A stretch of DNA of 32,000 bases from Acholeplasma laidlawii PG-8A (GTDB lineage: Bacteria; Bacillota_I; Bacilli_A; Acholeplasmatales; Acholeplasmataceae): contig NC_010163.1 in the NCBI RefSeq assembly GCF_000018785.1, forward strand, positions 810,001 through 842,000, read 5' to 3'. Both the position numbers and the translations under genes were made by a program. Positions 8,263 through 17,359 of this stretch are shown piece by piece. Below the pieces are notes generated by a model that ran no database searches, was not told the origin of the DNA, and was given only the letters and a program-made list of their open reading frames with translations. Numbering within the stretch: the first letter of the stretch is position 1; each line of letters starts with the position of its first letter.

Positions 8263-9736
8263 TAGTTTTCTTTTCTTGGAGAAGATTCTAATGAACCCTC
8301 ATATTTATTATATATTATTTAAAGAGCGATTTCTATAATCAATAGGATTCGTTTTTAATTTTAGAACGATTCTAGTGTTGTTATAGTATTCAATGTATTC
8401 ATCAATACCTTTAATTAATTCATCAGCTGAATTAAATTCATCTTCATGTCCATACCACATTTCATCTTTGATTCTGCCAAAAAAGTTTTCGGTCGGACTA
8501 TTATCTAAACAGTTTCCTTTTCTACTCATGGATTGAATCATCCCTAATTCAATTAGTCTCTCTTGATATCTCGAATTTTGATATTGTATGCCTTGATCTG
8601 ATTGGATCATCATACCCTCAATTTGATTTCCATGCTTTTGCTTCAATTGAGTCAGCATATGCATCACTTTATCGACCTTGGCATCTTTGGCTGCTACATA
8701 AGACAGAACTTCTCTGGTATTAAAATCAATAACTGGAGATAAATAAACTGCTGCGTTTTTAACTCTAAACATTGTAATGTCTGTACCTGCTTTTTCAAAG
8801 GGTCTTGTTGTTATAAATGTTTGTTTCATATGATTAGGCTTTACATATCCTTTATCCCCTTCATATGATGAGTATTTAAGCCATTTCTTGCTTCTAAACT
8901 TAAGATATCCTTTGGCTCTCATAATCTCTAAAACTTTATTGTTTCCTATCTTATATCCTAAATTCTTTAATTCAATGTAAATCGCGTTGTAATGCTGTCT
9001 TTTTTTATGCTTCTTTAAATATAACTCATCAATTTTATCTTCAATTTCTTGATACTTATTTACCTTGTTTTTAATGACTGATAGATTGTAATCATAAACC
9101 GATGGTGCCATATCTATGATTGCTAGAAGATGTTCTAATTTGTGTTTCTTCCTTAACCCTGCAACAATTAAAACTTTATCCTTATTTGTTGCTCCTTCTA
9201 GCTTTTGGGTTAAGGACTGAGATTTTTTTAAGTATTTTATCTCTGCACGTAGTCGCTCGTTTTCTTCCTTTAATTTTTTATCTACGATATTTCTTGCTCG
9301 CTCATCTTTTAATACATAATTCTTTCTTGGATATGTATCTTGTACGCCTGCTTCACCTTTGTTTTTATAGTTCTTAATCCAGTCTTGTAAAATGGTCGGA
9401 TCTGTTAATCCAAAATCAAGCGCGACACTTCTGATTGATTCATTACCTTCAAGCACTCTTTTTATCGCCAATAGTTTGGTATCTCAATAGTATATCTTGC
9501 CTTCTCGATTCAAAAATACCTCTGAACCGAATTTTTTGTACAAATTGACATTGTACTTAATATTACTGACATCGTAATTATCATATGCTTGTTATATATG
9601 TGATAATGATTTACCTTTCAGTAAATGTTCCTCTACCATTTTTAATTTCATTTCCTGCGTGATTCTCATAAAAAAAGTTCCCCTATCTTTAGATTGGTTA
9701 TATTCATTATAACCTTTCTCCAAGATTTGGAAACTA
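8263..9736 (-). mobile_element. IS3-family insertion sequence, degenerate
   Basis: Imperfect 21-bp inverted ends (17/21) with perfect core TCTTGGAGAA at 8274-8283 and complement at 9716-9725, bracketing the transposase. Exact element ends uncertain. Confidence 0.7.
8308..9669 (-). pseudogene. IS3-family transposase (IS150-like), fused frame with two internal stops; track ORF is 8308..9471
   Basis: DDE core GTDITMF / IQSDQGIQYQ / DNSPTENFFGRIKDE. The same frame extends upstream to ATG at 9669 (MRITQEMKLKMVEEHLLKGKSLSHI*QAYDNYDVSNIKYNVNLYKKFGSEVFLNREGKIYY*DTKLLAIKRVLEG), with TAA at 9592-9594 and TGA at 9484-9486. Confidence 0.85.
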
Positions 9737-9749
9737 TTTCATTCTAGTA

Positions 9750-10104
9750 TGGTGGAACCGATGGGAGTCGAACCCATGTACGAGACTTTTCTTCTATTAT
9801 AATCTACATGTTTAGTCAATTTAATAATTTAATACCGCTTAGTAAATTAACAAAATTAGCAAGTACGAGGCTAGTTTCGAATTTTCATGCTATACACCTA
9901 GACATATGTATAACCATAACATGCTTTACTGAGGCAAGTCTAAAGTCACATGTAAACTATTAGAGTGCCAAGCAATTTGTCTTAATTAAGCAAATGCTAA
10001 AGTTTGTGTTTGGTTTCCGGTTATTATAACCTCGTGTTTTTAAGCGCACTACCGCTACATGCATATAATAGATTCCAGGCCCCGGCAAATCCATAAACGG
10101 CCCC
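9750..10104 (-). ncRNA. ssrA: Transfer-messenger RNA (tmRNA)
   Basis: 5' GGGGCCGTTTATGGATTTGCCGGGGCCTGG..., 3' GGGTTCGACTCCCATCGGTTCCACCA, acceptor pairing GGGGCCG/CGGTTCC. Internal tag GGA AAC CAA ACA CAA ACT TTA GCA TTT GCT TAA (10018-9986) = (A)GNQTQTLAFA. Confidence 0.96.
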
Positions 10105-10130
10105 ATTCCATATCTATTTTACCTTTTTAT

Positions 10131-10904
10131 TTAGAACTTAGCAAGTTTTTGTTGTACTAATGGTACACGTTGTAGTGCTAAATAAATTGGTGTACCAATA
10201 AGTGCAGCAATCACTGCTTCTGTTAAACCATTAAATCCTACAATAAATACGATAACATCCATTACTTGATCTGTTTGAAAGACTTCAAAGAATGCATCAT
10301 ATGAAAATAATGCTACTGAAGCCAATACTAAGAATGTATGGATTAAGGTGCCTATAATGAATATTGAAGGTACAACAAGTGATTTAAAATCATGTTTTAA
10401 ATATAAATAAACATATAGCCCAACAAACACTAGTATGATAGCTCCAGCAATAATATAATTTGCATTATCACTTAAATTACTAAAAACAACAAATGTACCT
10501 TCAAAGATTGCAACACCTGTAATTGCGGCAACTAATGCAATAATAATGAAACTTCCAAATTTAGTATTTTTTAAGATTTTAAATAATCTAAATAAGAAGA
10601 ATACAGCAAATACAAATAAAACTCTTGGTAGTATACTTACTAACGGATTAATAAATGCAATATTAAGCCCTACAGGGTTCATTGCTGCCTGTATTAAACT
10701 TACTACACCAAATGCTAATCCCGGTATCCAAAAGTACTTAAAAGATAGCAAAACAGCTGCAATTAAAACTGGGATATGTAGTATTGTGATTGGATTACCT
10801 GGAACAATTGTGATGAATCCAATTTGTGGTACCATACCCATTAAAAAAATTAGTGCAACAAAAATAGAAGTTAACACTAATTCGAATGTTTGATTTTTTC
10901 TCAT
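10131..10904 (-). CDS. ECF transporter S component-like membrane protein
   Basis: Hydrophobic multi-TM protein: ELVLTSIFVALIFLMGMVPQIGF...GNPITILHIPVLIAAVLL; upstream TATAAT and RBS. Confidence 0.65.
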   Translation of the reverse strand: MRKNQTFELVLTSIFVALIFLMGMVPQIGFITIVPGNPITILHIPVLIAAVLLSFKYFWIPGLAFGVVSLIQAAMNPVGLNIAFINPLVSILPRVLFVFAVFFLFRLFKILKNTKFGSFIIIALVAAITGVAIFEGTFVVFSNLSDNANYIIAGAIILVFVGLYVYLYLKHDFKSLVVPSIFIIGTLIHTFLVLASVALFSYDAFFEVFQTDQVMDVIVFIVGFNGLTEAVIAALIGTPIYLALQRVPLVQQKLAKF

Positions 10905-11025
10905 ATAATTTTCTCCTTTTTAGGCCACTTTGGGTCCCATAAGTTAAAAATATTATACCACACGTAAAATATATACTTCAAGTATATAACCTAGGTATTT
11001 AAAATATGTAAAAAAATTTTAAAAT

Positions 11026-11532
11026 TTATAGATCTAGTCTCATTAAATTGTTATCAAAGTACTCATTATCTATATTAGTAGAACGTTTATCCACTGCATA
11101 TGTGTAGAATCCAAACTTTTCATAAAGTCCGATTGCTTTATGATTATTAGATAATACTTCAAGGTAAATTGTTTCAGTAATACCGGTAGACTTCGCATAA
11201 TCTATAAGTGTTTTTATTAACATAGAACCAACGCCTTGATTCCAGTAAGCTTTTAAAACAGATATTCCAATACTTGATTTATGCTTTGTTCTATCTTTTG
11301 TATGAAGTTGTATGTGAGCAGTAGCTATGATTTTTGAATCATCTTTAACGACATACATTTTTTTGTAAGGTGTCTTACTAAATGAATCTAACACGTTCAT
11401 TTCTTCTTCTATGCTTAATCCAACACCTTCTGCACCAAATAATAAGAAATTGGTTTCGCTTCCAACTTCTTTTAAGTAGCTTAACATAGCTTGAGCATCT
11501 TCTTTTTGAACTAATTCTACTTTAAATGTCAT
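11026..11532 (-). CDS. GNAT family N-acetyltransferase
   Basis: IGISVLKAYWNQGVGSMLIKTLIDYAKSTGITETIYLEVLSNNHKAIGLYEKFGF. Confidence 0.92.
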   Translation of the reverse strand: MTFKVELVQKEDAQAMLSYLKEVGSETNFLLFGAEGVGLSIEEEMNVLDSFSKTPYKKMYVVKDDSKIIATAHIQLHTKDRTKHKSSIGISVLKAYWNQGVGSMLIKTLIDYAKSTGITETIYLEVLSNNHKAIGLYEKFGFYTYAVDKRSTNIDNEYFDNNLMRLDL

Positions 11533-11966
11533 ATTGTATCCTCTTGTTGTCTATCAATGAGTGAAATTTGTCTTAACCTTTCACTTACAACTCGATCAGC
11601 ATCTTTTGTTTGAAATTGTATCATCTTTATCAAATAATCACAACACTTAAGAGCATGTGTCTTAACATGGATTGTAGATACCATATGAGCAAGCGCTCTA
11701 ATATAGAACTGTTTATCATTTTCTAGTGTTCTAGCTAATTCATGTAACTTAAAAGCATACGCCCTAGCCGTGGTTACATTTGGGATACCCAAAAGTGATT
11801 CATCAATTAATGAAAGTGCAGTTTTATTATATAAATCAAACTCATATTTAAAATGCGGTAACATGACATGCTTAATCCAGACTAAAGTAGAGGCTTTAGT
11901 CTGGAGGTTAAATTTATCCATAAAATTGTCATAAACATTAAGTTTATATTGATTGAATAATTTCAT
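11529..11966 (-). CDS. Hypothetical protein, weakly resembling the Imm5-like 'putative immunity protein' family
   Basis: 145 aa, overlaps the GNAT start by 4 bp. Pattern WIKHVMLPHF...RAYAFKLHELARTL...RALAHMVSTIHVKTHALKCCDYLIKM recalls Imm5-like helical repeats. Confidence 0.45.
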   Translation of the reverse strand: MKLFNQYKLNVYDNFMDKFNLQTKASTLVWIKHVMLPHFKYEFDLYNKTALSLIDESLLGIPNVTTARAYAFKLHELARTLENDKQFYIRALAHMVSTIHVKTHALKCCDYLIKMIQFQTKDADRVVSERLRQISLIDRQQEDTI

Positions 11967-12013
11967 AATTTAAAATTGTTAATCACCTTGTTTAAATTGA
12001 TTAAAAAGGTGCG

Positions 12014-12736
12014 TTAAGCACCTAGCAAATCATCCATACCAAATAATCCACTCTTCTTATCTTTAATGAATTTAGCTGCTTTAATAGCACCTTCAGCAAA
12101 AACACTCTTTTCATGAGCAATATGTGTAAATTCTAAAGTCTCACTTAGGTTAGAAAAAATGACAGTATGCTCTCCAACATAGTTTCCTAGTCGAAGGCTA
12201 TGTACGTGAACTCCATTTTCACTGGATTCACCATGAATAAGTGCTCTTTTTTCAGGTAATGCATCATTGACTGCATCATATAGTTTAAACGCTGTGCCAC
12301 TTGGACTATCTTTTTTAAAACGGTGATGTTTATCAATCATTTCTATATCATAACTACTATCTATTTGACTGCTTACAACTTTGAGTGCGTTTGTCAGTAA
12401 GTGTATACCAACAGAATAGTTTGCAGAATAAAAGATAGGTATATGTTGACTATATGATTTTATTAAAAGAAAATCATCTTCACTATAACCTGTGGTTGCA
12501 AGTACTAATGCTTTATGATGTTTTTTGGCAAAGTCTAAAAGTGCAGGTAATATAGTAGGTGTGGAAAAATCAATTAACACATCAAAGCTACCTAAGTCAT
12601 CTAACTTATCTACTATTTGTTCTGACCTTTTACGATCATAACCACCAATGTATTCAAGTGTTTCATCTAATAATATTTGTTTTTTTAAGACCTGGCCCAT
12701 TTTACCAAGTGCACCACTAATTGCTATTTTAATCAT
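12014..12736 (-). CDS. dapB: 4-hydroxy-tetrahydrodipicolinate reductase
   Basis: [15 protein letters not shown]; [18 protein letters not shown]. Confidence 0.96.
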
Positions 12737-13610
12737 TATCCACCAACTTATAGTCTCTTAAAACTTTTAACAACATACGGTTATGTTTAGCACCAAGTTT
12801 CGTTAAAGGTAATCTTGGTTTACCTACTTCAAATCCTAAATGTTCTAGTGCTCTTTTAACAGGTATAGGATTGGATTCAACAAACATCATATCATGAAGT
12901 TTGTTGAATTTTATAAATGCTTCTTTATTATCTATACCAGCTCTAAAGTTTTGAATAAGTAGTGAAGTAGATAATGGAATAATATTTGCAGTAACAGATA
13001 TGACACCATGACCACCTAAACTTAAAACATCATAGACTTGGTCATCATTGCCACTTAAGACAATAAAATCTTCATGTGTTTGGTCAATAATAGATTTAAC
13101 TTGTTCTAAGTTACCACTTGCTTCTTTAATACCTATAATATTTTTGACTTTACTTAAGCGTTTAACTGTATCTACTTCTAGGTTCACACCGGTTCTAGAT
13201 GGTACATTATAAAGCATAATAGGTAAATTAATTGATTTAGCTACAGCCTTATAGTGCGCTAATAACCCATTTTGAGTTGGTTTATTATAGTAAGGTGTAA
13301 CAATTAATAAAGCATCAGCACCTAATCTTTGTGCAGTTCTTGAAAAAGATATCGTTTGTTTTGTATCATTACTTCCTGTACCTACCATAATAGGTATACG
13401 CTTATTAATGTAATTTACTACAAACGAAATAACTTCTTTTTTCTCACTTGAGGTAAGTGTTGGTGATTCAGCTGTAGTACCTAATATCACTAAAAAATCT
13501 GTTTCATTCTCAATATGAAAATCTAATAATTTTTGTAGTACTGGGTAGTTAATTTTAGACCCCTTAAATGGAGTAACTAGTGCAACCCCTGAACCTGTAA
13601 ATTTTTTCAT
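12729..13610 (-). CDS. dapA: 4-hydroxy-tetrahydrodipicolinate synthase
   Basis: [49 protein letters not shown]. Confidence 0.97.
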
Positions 13611-14617
13611 TTTATAAACTCCTTATAGATATACTCACCTATTTGTACTGCATTAAGTGCAGCACCTTTTCTAACATTATCAGCTACTGTCCATAATAGT
13701 ACTTTGTTTGGATAGTTTAAGTCTGTTCTGATACGACCGATGTGAACTAAATTCGAGCCACTTGCATCTAAAGGTGTTGGATAATCATTGGATGGATATA
13801 ACTTAACTTCGTCTATTTTTCCGTAAGCATTCTTTAGTTTATCCAAGTCAATATTTTCTTTTGTGGTAGCTTTAATTTGGACACTATGTCCTACTTTTAC
13901 TGGGACTCTGACTGTTGTTGCAGTTATGTTTATCTTTGAAGCTAATATTTTTTGAGTTTCTAAAATCATCTTCATTTCTTCTTTAGTATAACCATTTTCA
14001 AGAAATTGATCTATCTGAGGTATAACATTATTATATATCGTTTTTGGATAAAAATTAGGTTCTAAGCCTTGTGATGTTCTCTCTAAATCCTCTATACCGT
14101 TAACCCCTGAACCACTGACTGCTTGATAGGTTGAATAGTCAACATCTACTAAATTAAATAATTGATGTACTGTATGAAGTGCTACAACACTTTGTATGGT
14201 AGAGCAATTTGGATTTGCAACTATATAGTCACTAGATTTTAGCACATGACTATTCACCTCAGGTACAACTAATGGGATATGTTCTATCATGCGGTGCGCT
14301 GAGGAGTTATCTACAACATATATCTTTTTAGAACTTGCGATTTTAGCGTATTTTAAAGCAAGGTCACTTTCTATTGCAAAAAACACGATATCTAAAGGAT
14401 CATTAAAACTATCTTCGTTCAGTTCTTTGATAATGATAGTTTGACCTTTAAATGCAACTTCTTTACCCTTAGAACGACTGGATGCGTATACATAAAGCGT
14501 ATCTACCGGTAAGGATGATTGTTCAAGTATTTCTAGTAGAGTTTGACCAACCAAACCTGTAATACCTACAATACCAACATTAACTTTTTTCATAGATTCC
14601 ACCTTTTGACTAAACAT
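13607..14617 (-). CDS. asd: Aspartate-semialdehyde dehydrogenase
   Basis: [33 protein letters not shown]. Confidence 0.96.
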
Positions 14618-15812
14618 TGAAGTGTTTAGCTAATACTTCAACGACTTTATTCTTATATTTATTATCAAATGTATAGGAAATAGATATTTCAGATGTTGTA
14701 ACTAACTTCACTTCTAAATCATTTTCTGCAAATAATTCAAATACTTCTGCAGCAATACCAGATTGGGAGCGCATCGCACTACCTACAATAGATACCTTTA
14801 CAACTTCATTTACTTTTAATACTTGAATGGTTGGGTTTTTAGCTTCAAATTTATCAAGTACTTCGTTGACTGCATCTAAATCATCAGCATGGGCCGTAAA
14901 TGCAATATTAATGGTACCACCCACACTAGGGTTTTGGTTAATAACGTCAATATTAACTTCGTTTAGTGCTAAATCTTTAAACAGTTCTGCAGTAATCTTA
15001 GTTGAATAAGGTATACGGCGAATTGAAACCATAACTACTTTTTCTGTAACAGCAATACCAGTAATTTTTTTATCTTCCATGTTTTGTTTGTACTCCTTAA
15101 TGTAAGTCCCTTCTAAAGGGTTTTTAAGTGATGTGACATAGACTGTTACACCATAGTTTTGAGCAATATCAATGCTTCTAGGTTCCATGATATTCGCACC
15201 TAAAAATGCCATTTCTTTCATTTCTTCATAATCTATTTGGGTTAATTTTTGAGCATCCGGATAAATCCTAGGATCCACACCATAAATGCCTGAAACATCT
15301 GTATAAATTTCACAAATAGCACCAAGTTTAGCTGCTAGAGCAATTGCTGTTGTATCTGATCCACCACGACCTAAAGTAGTGACTTCACCTGCTTCATTAA
15401 AACCTTGAAAACCTGCGACAATGACAATATTACCTGCCTGAATATGCGCTTCAACACGTCTTGTATCAATACTTGATATTTTATTTTTAGTATGAGTACC
15501 CTTGGTTAAAATCCCTGCTTTTTCTCCAGTTAAAGCAATCGATTTATAACCCATATCATTTAACATAATAGAAAGTAACGCGATTGATACAACCTCACCA
15601 GTTGATATGAGTAAATCCACATCACGCTTATTTGGATATTTTGTAATATCTTTGGCCATTTTAATTAAACTATTTGTAGTTTTTCCCATGGCTGATAATA
15701 CAACAACGAGTTCATTATAGGTGTTTTTCTTTTCAATAATCGTTTGGGCAACTTCTTTCATTAAATCTAGGTTTTGAACACTAGAACCACCAAACTTTAA
15801 AACTGCTCTCAT
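14610..15812 (-). CDS. lysC: Aspartate kinase
   Basis: VLKFGGSSV, GRGGSDTTAIALAAKLGA, EMAFLGANIMEPRSI, ACT-domain C-terminus. Confidence 0.96.
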   Translation of the reverse strand: MRAVLKFGGSSVQNLDLMKEVAQTIIEKKNTYNELVVVLSAMGKTTNSLIKMAKDITKYPNKRDVDLLISTGEVVSIALLSIMLNDMGYKSIALTGEKAGILTKGTHTKNKISSIDTRRVEAHIQAGNIVIVAGFQGFNEAGEVTTLGRGGSDTTAIALAAKLGAICEIYTDVSGIYGVDPRIYPDAQKLTQIDYEEMKEMAFLGANIMEPRSIDIAQNYGVTVYVTSLKNPLEGTYIKEYKQNMEDKKITGIAVTEKVVMVSIRRIPYSTKITAELFKDLALNEVNIDVINQNPSVGGTINIAFTAHADDLDAVNEVLDKFEAKNPTIQVLKVNEVVKVSIVGSAMRSQSGIAAEVFELFAENDLEVKLVTTSEISISYTFDNKYKNKVVEVLAKHFNV

Positions 15813-15813
15813 A

Positions 15814-17094
15814 TTATACTAATGCCTCATCATGACTTAGAAGGTCCATGAAACTTTCTTTTCTTACAACCACTTTAGATTGACCATCTTTTACAAATAT
15901 AACCGGTGGGATAGTTAATCTATTATAATGGGATGCCATAGAATAATGATATGCTCCTGTAGTTCTTACAACTAATAAATCATCTGGTTTTGCATCAGGT
16001 AGTAAAATATCTTCAATAATGATATCCCCACTTTCACAAGCTTTTCCTGCTACTGTGTAGGTTGTATCATGAACCATATCTTCCTTACCTACTATAAATG
16101 CGTCATATTTAGCCTGATAAAGTGCAGTACGCATATGATCATTCATTGCACCATCAATAAACAAGTATTTCTTTTTATTAATGGTTTCTTTAATTTGATT
16201 GACTGTATAAAGTGTATAGCCTGCTTCAGCAACAATACTCCTACCTGGTTCAATATAGACGTGTGGTACCGAAATCTCTAAACTGTTTGCTGTTTGATAT
16301 ACAATTTCCAATAGTTCTGGTAATACTTTATTTAAGTCTAATCTAGTGTCTGATTTAATGTATTTCACACCAAATCCACCACCTAAATTGACTGCCTTCA
16401 AGTCAATTTGGTAAAGCTCTTTAATTTCTTTATAAAATTTTAATATGGTAATTGCATGATCATAAAATGAATGTTCTTCTAGAATTTGAGAACCAATATG
16501 AGAGTGTGTACCTAAAAAATTAATATTTGGGTTGTCATTTAACGACTTAATTGTCTCTTTAGTTCTAGGATCTAATATCGACATACCAAATTTAGAATCT
16601 AAGGTTGAAGTTTTAATATATTTATGCGTATGTGCATCAATACCAGGATTAACTCTTAACATGACACTGACTTTATATTTATCATTAACAATCTCGTTTA
16701 AAATACTTGCTTCATAATCATTATCAACTATAATTGTACCCACTCTAAAATTAAGTGCCATAAGCAGTTCATCTTTGGTCTTATTATTACCGTGTAACAC
16801 GATCTTTTCAACAGGAAACCCTGCTTTAAGCGCTGTATATAACTCACCTTGAGATACACAGTCTAAGTGAAGTCCTTCACTCATAATAAGTTGTGCCATA
16901 GCTATCGTTAAAAATGCTTTAGAAGCATAGATAACATTACTTGACACTTTAGGATGTCTAAACTTATTTATAAACACCTTACATTGTTTGCGAATAGCTG
17001 CTTCATCATAAATATAGAGTGGTGTTTGATACTTACTTTTTAAATCTTCGAAACTGATATGTTGAATTGTTGTCATATTAGGTCTTCCTTTCAA
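15814..17094 (-). CDS. lysA: Diaminopimelate decarboxylase (true start likely MTTIQH at 17076)
   Basis: YASKAFLTIAMAQ, HSHIGSQI, NLGGGFGVKY, EPGRSIVAEAGYTLY, CESGDI. Confidence 0.96.
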   Translation of the reverse strand: MKGRPNMTTIQHISFEDLKSKYQTPLYIYDEAAIRKQCKVFINKFRHPKVSSNVIYASKAFLTIAMAQLIMSEGLHLDCVSQGELYTALKAGFPVEKIVLHGNNKTKDELLMALNFRVGTIIVDNDYEASILNEIVNDKYKVSVMLRVNPGIDAHTHKYIKTSTLDSKFGMSILDPRTKETIKSLNDNPNINFLGTHSHIGSQILEEHSFYDHAITILKFYKEIKELYQIDLKAVNLGGGFGVKYIKSDTRLDLNKVLPELLEIVYQTANSLEISVPHVYIEPGRSIVAEAGYTLYTVNQIKETINKKKYLFIDGAMNDHMRTALYQAKYDAFIVGKEDMVHDTTYTVAGKACESGDIIIEDILLPDAKPDDLLVVRTTGAYHYSMASHYNRLTIPPVIFVKDGQSKVVVRKESFMDLLSHDEALV

Positions 17095-17104
17095 TTAAAA
17101 ATAA

Positions 17105-17130
17105 AAATCACTAGCAAAAGCTAGTGATTT
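17105..17130 (-). terminator. L-box intrinsic terminator
   Basis: aaatcactagc-aaaa-gctagtgattt, perfect 11-bp stem followed by U-rich tail in the transcript. Confidence 0.9.
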
Positions 17131-17131
17131 A

Positions 17132-17315
17132 ATAAATTAACTAAAACTTCTGCCTATTCCCTTAATAATGCGCAATTCTTTATAACTTTAGGCGAGTTAT
17201 AAGAAACAGTTGTAAATTTATTCAATTTACACCCAGCAAATGTTTATGCTTCGGCGAATGACACCTTTCCGTGATGTACTATTTGTATTCGCAGCCTCAT
17301 TATTCGAGATTGATT
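17132..17315 (-). promoter_or_regulatory. Lysine riboswitch (L-box)
   Basis: Minus strand TGAGGCTGCGAATAC...GGAAAGGTGTCATTCGCCGAAGCA...TTTGCTGGGTGTAAATTGAATAAATTTACAACTGTT, matching the conserved L-box blocks; upstream of lysA. Confidence 0.92.
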
Positions 17316-17359
17316 TAATTTTGTCTACATTATAACATGTAATAAAAATAAATGTTGAA

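Noticed and set aside
9484-9486. TGA read as tryptophan (Mycoplasma-type code)
   Set aside because: A TAA also interrupts the same frame at 9592-9594, and the intact genes in the window encode Trp with TGG and remain full length under the standard code.
10546-10893. Plus-strand 115-aa ORF and similar shadows (9120..9377, 14827..15009, 16532..16717, 21133..21414, 26808..27005, 30234..30479, 31320..31580, 31593..31877)
   Set aside because: All fall opposite clearly coding genes and look like antisense artefacts.
10905-10990. Possible small riboswitch in the leader of the ECF-type S component (cttatgggacccaaagtggcctaaaaaggag)
   Set aside because: Leader is only about 45 nt past the TATAAT and I could not fit it to preQ1-I, TPP, or other known aptamer consensus by eye.
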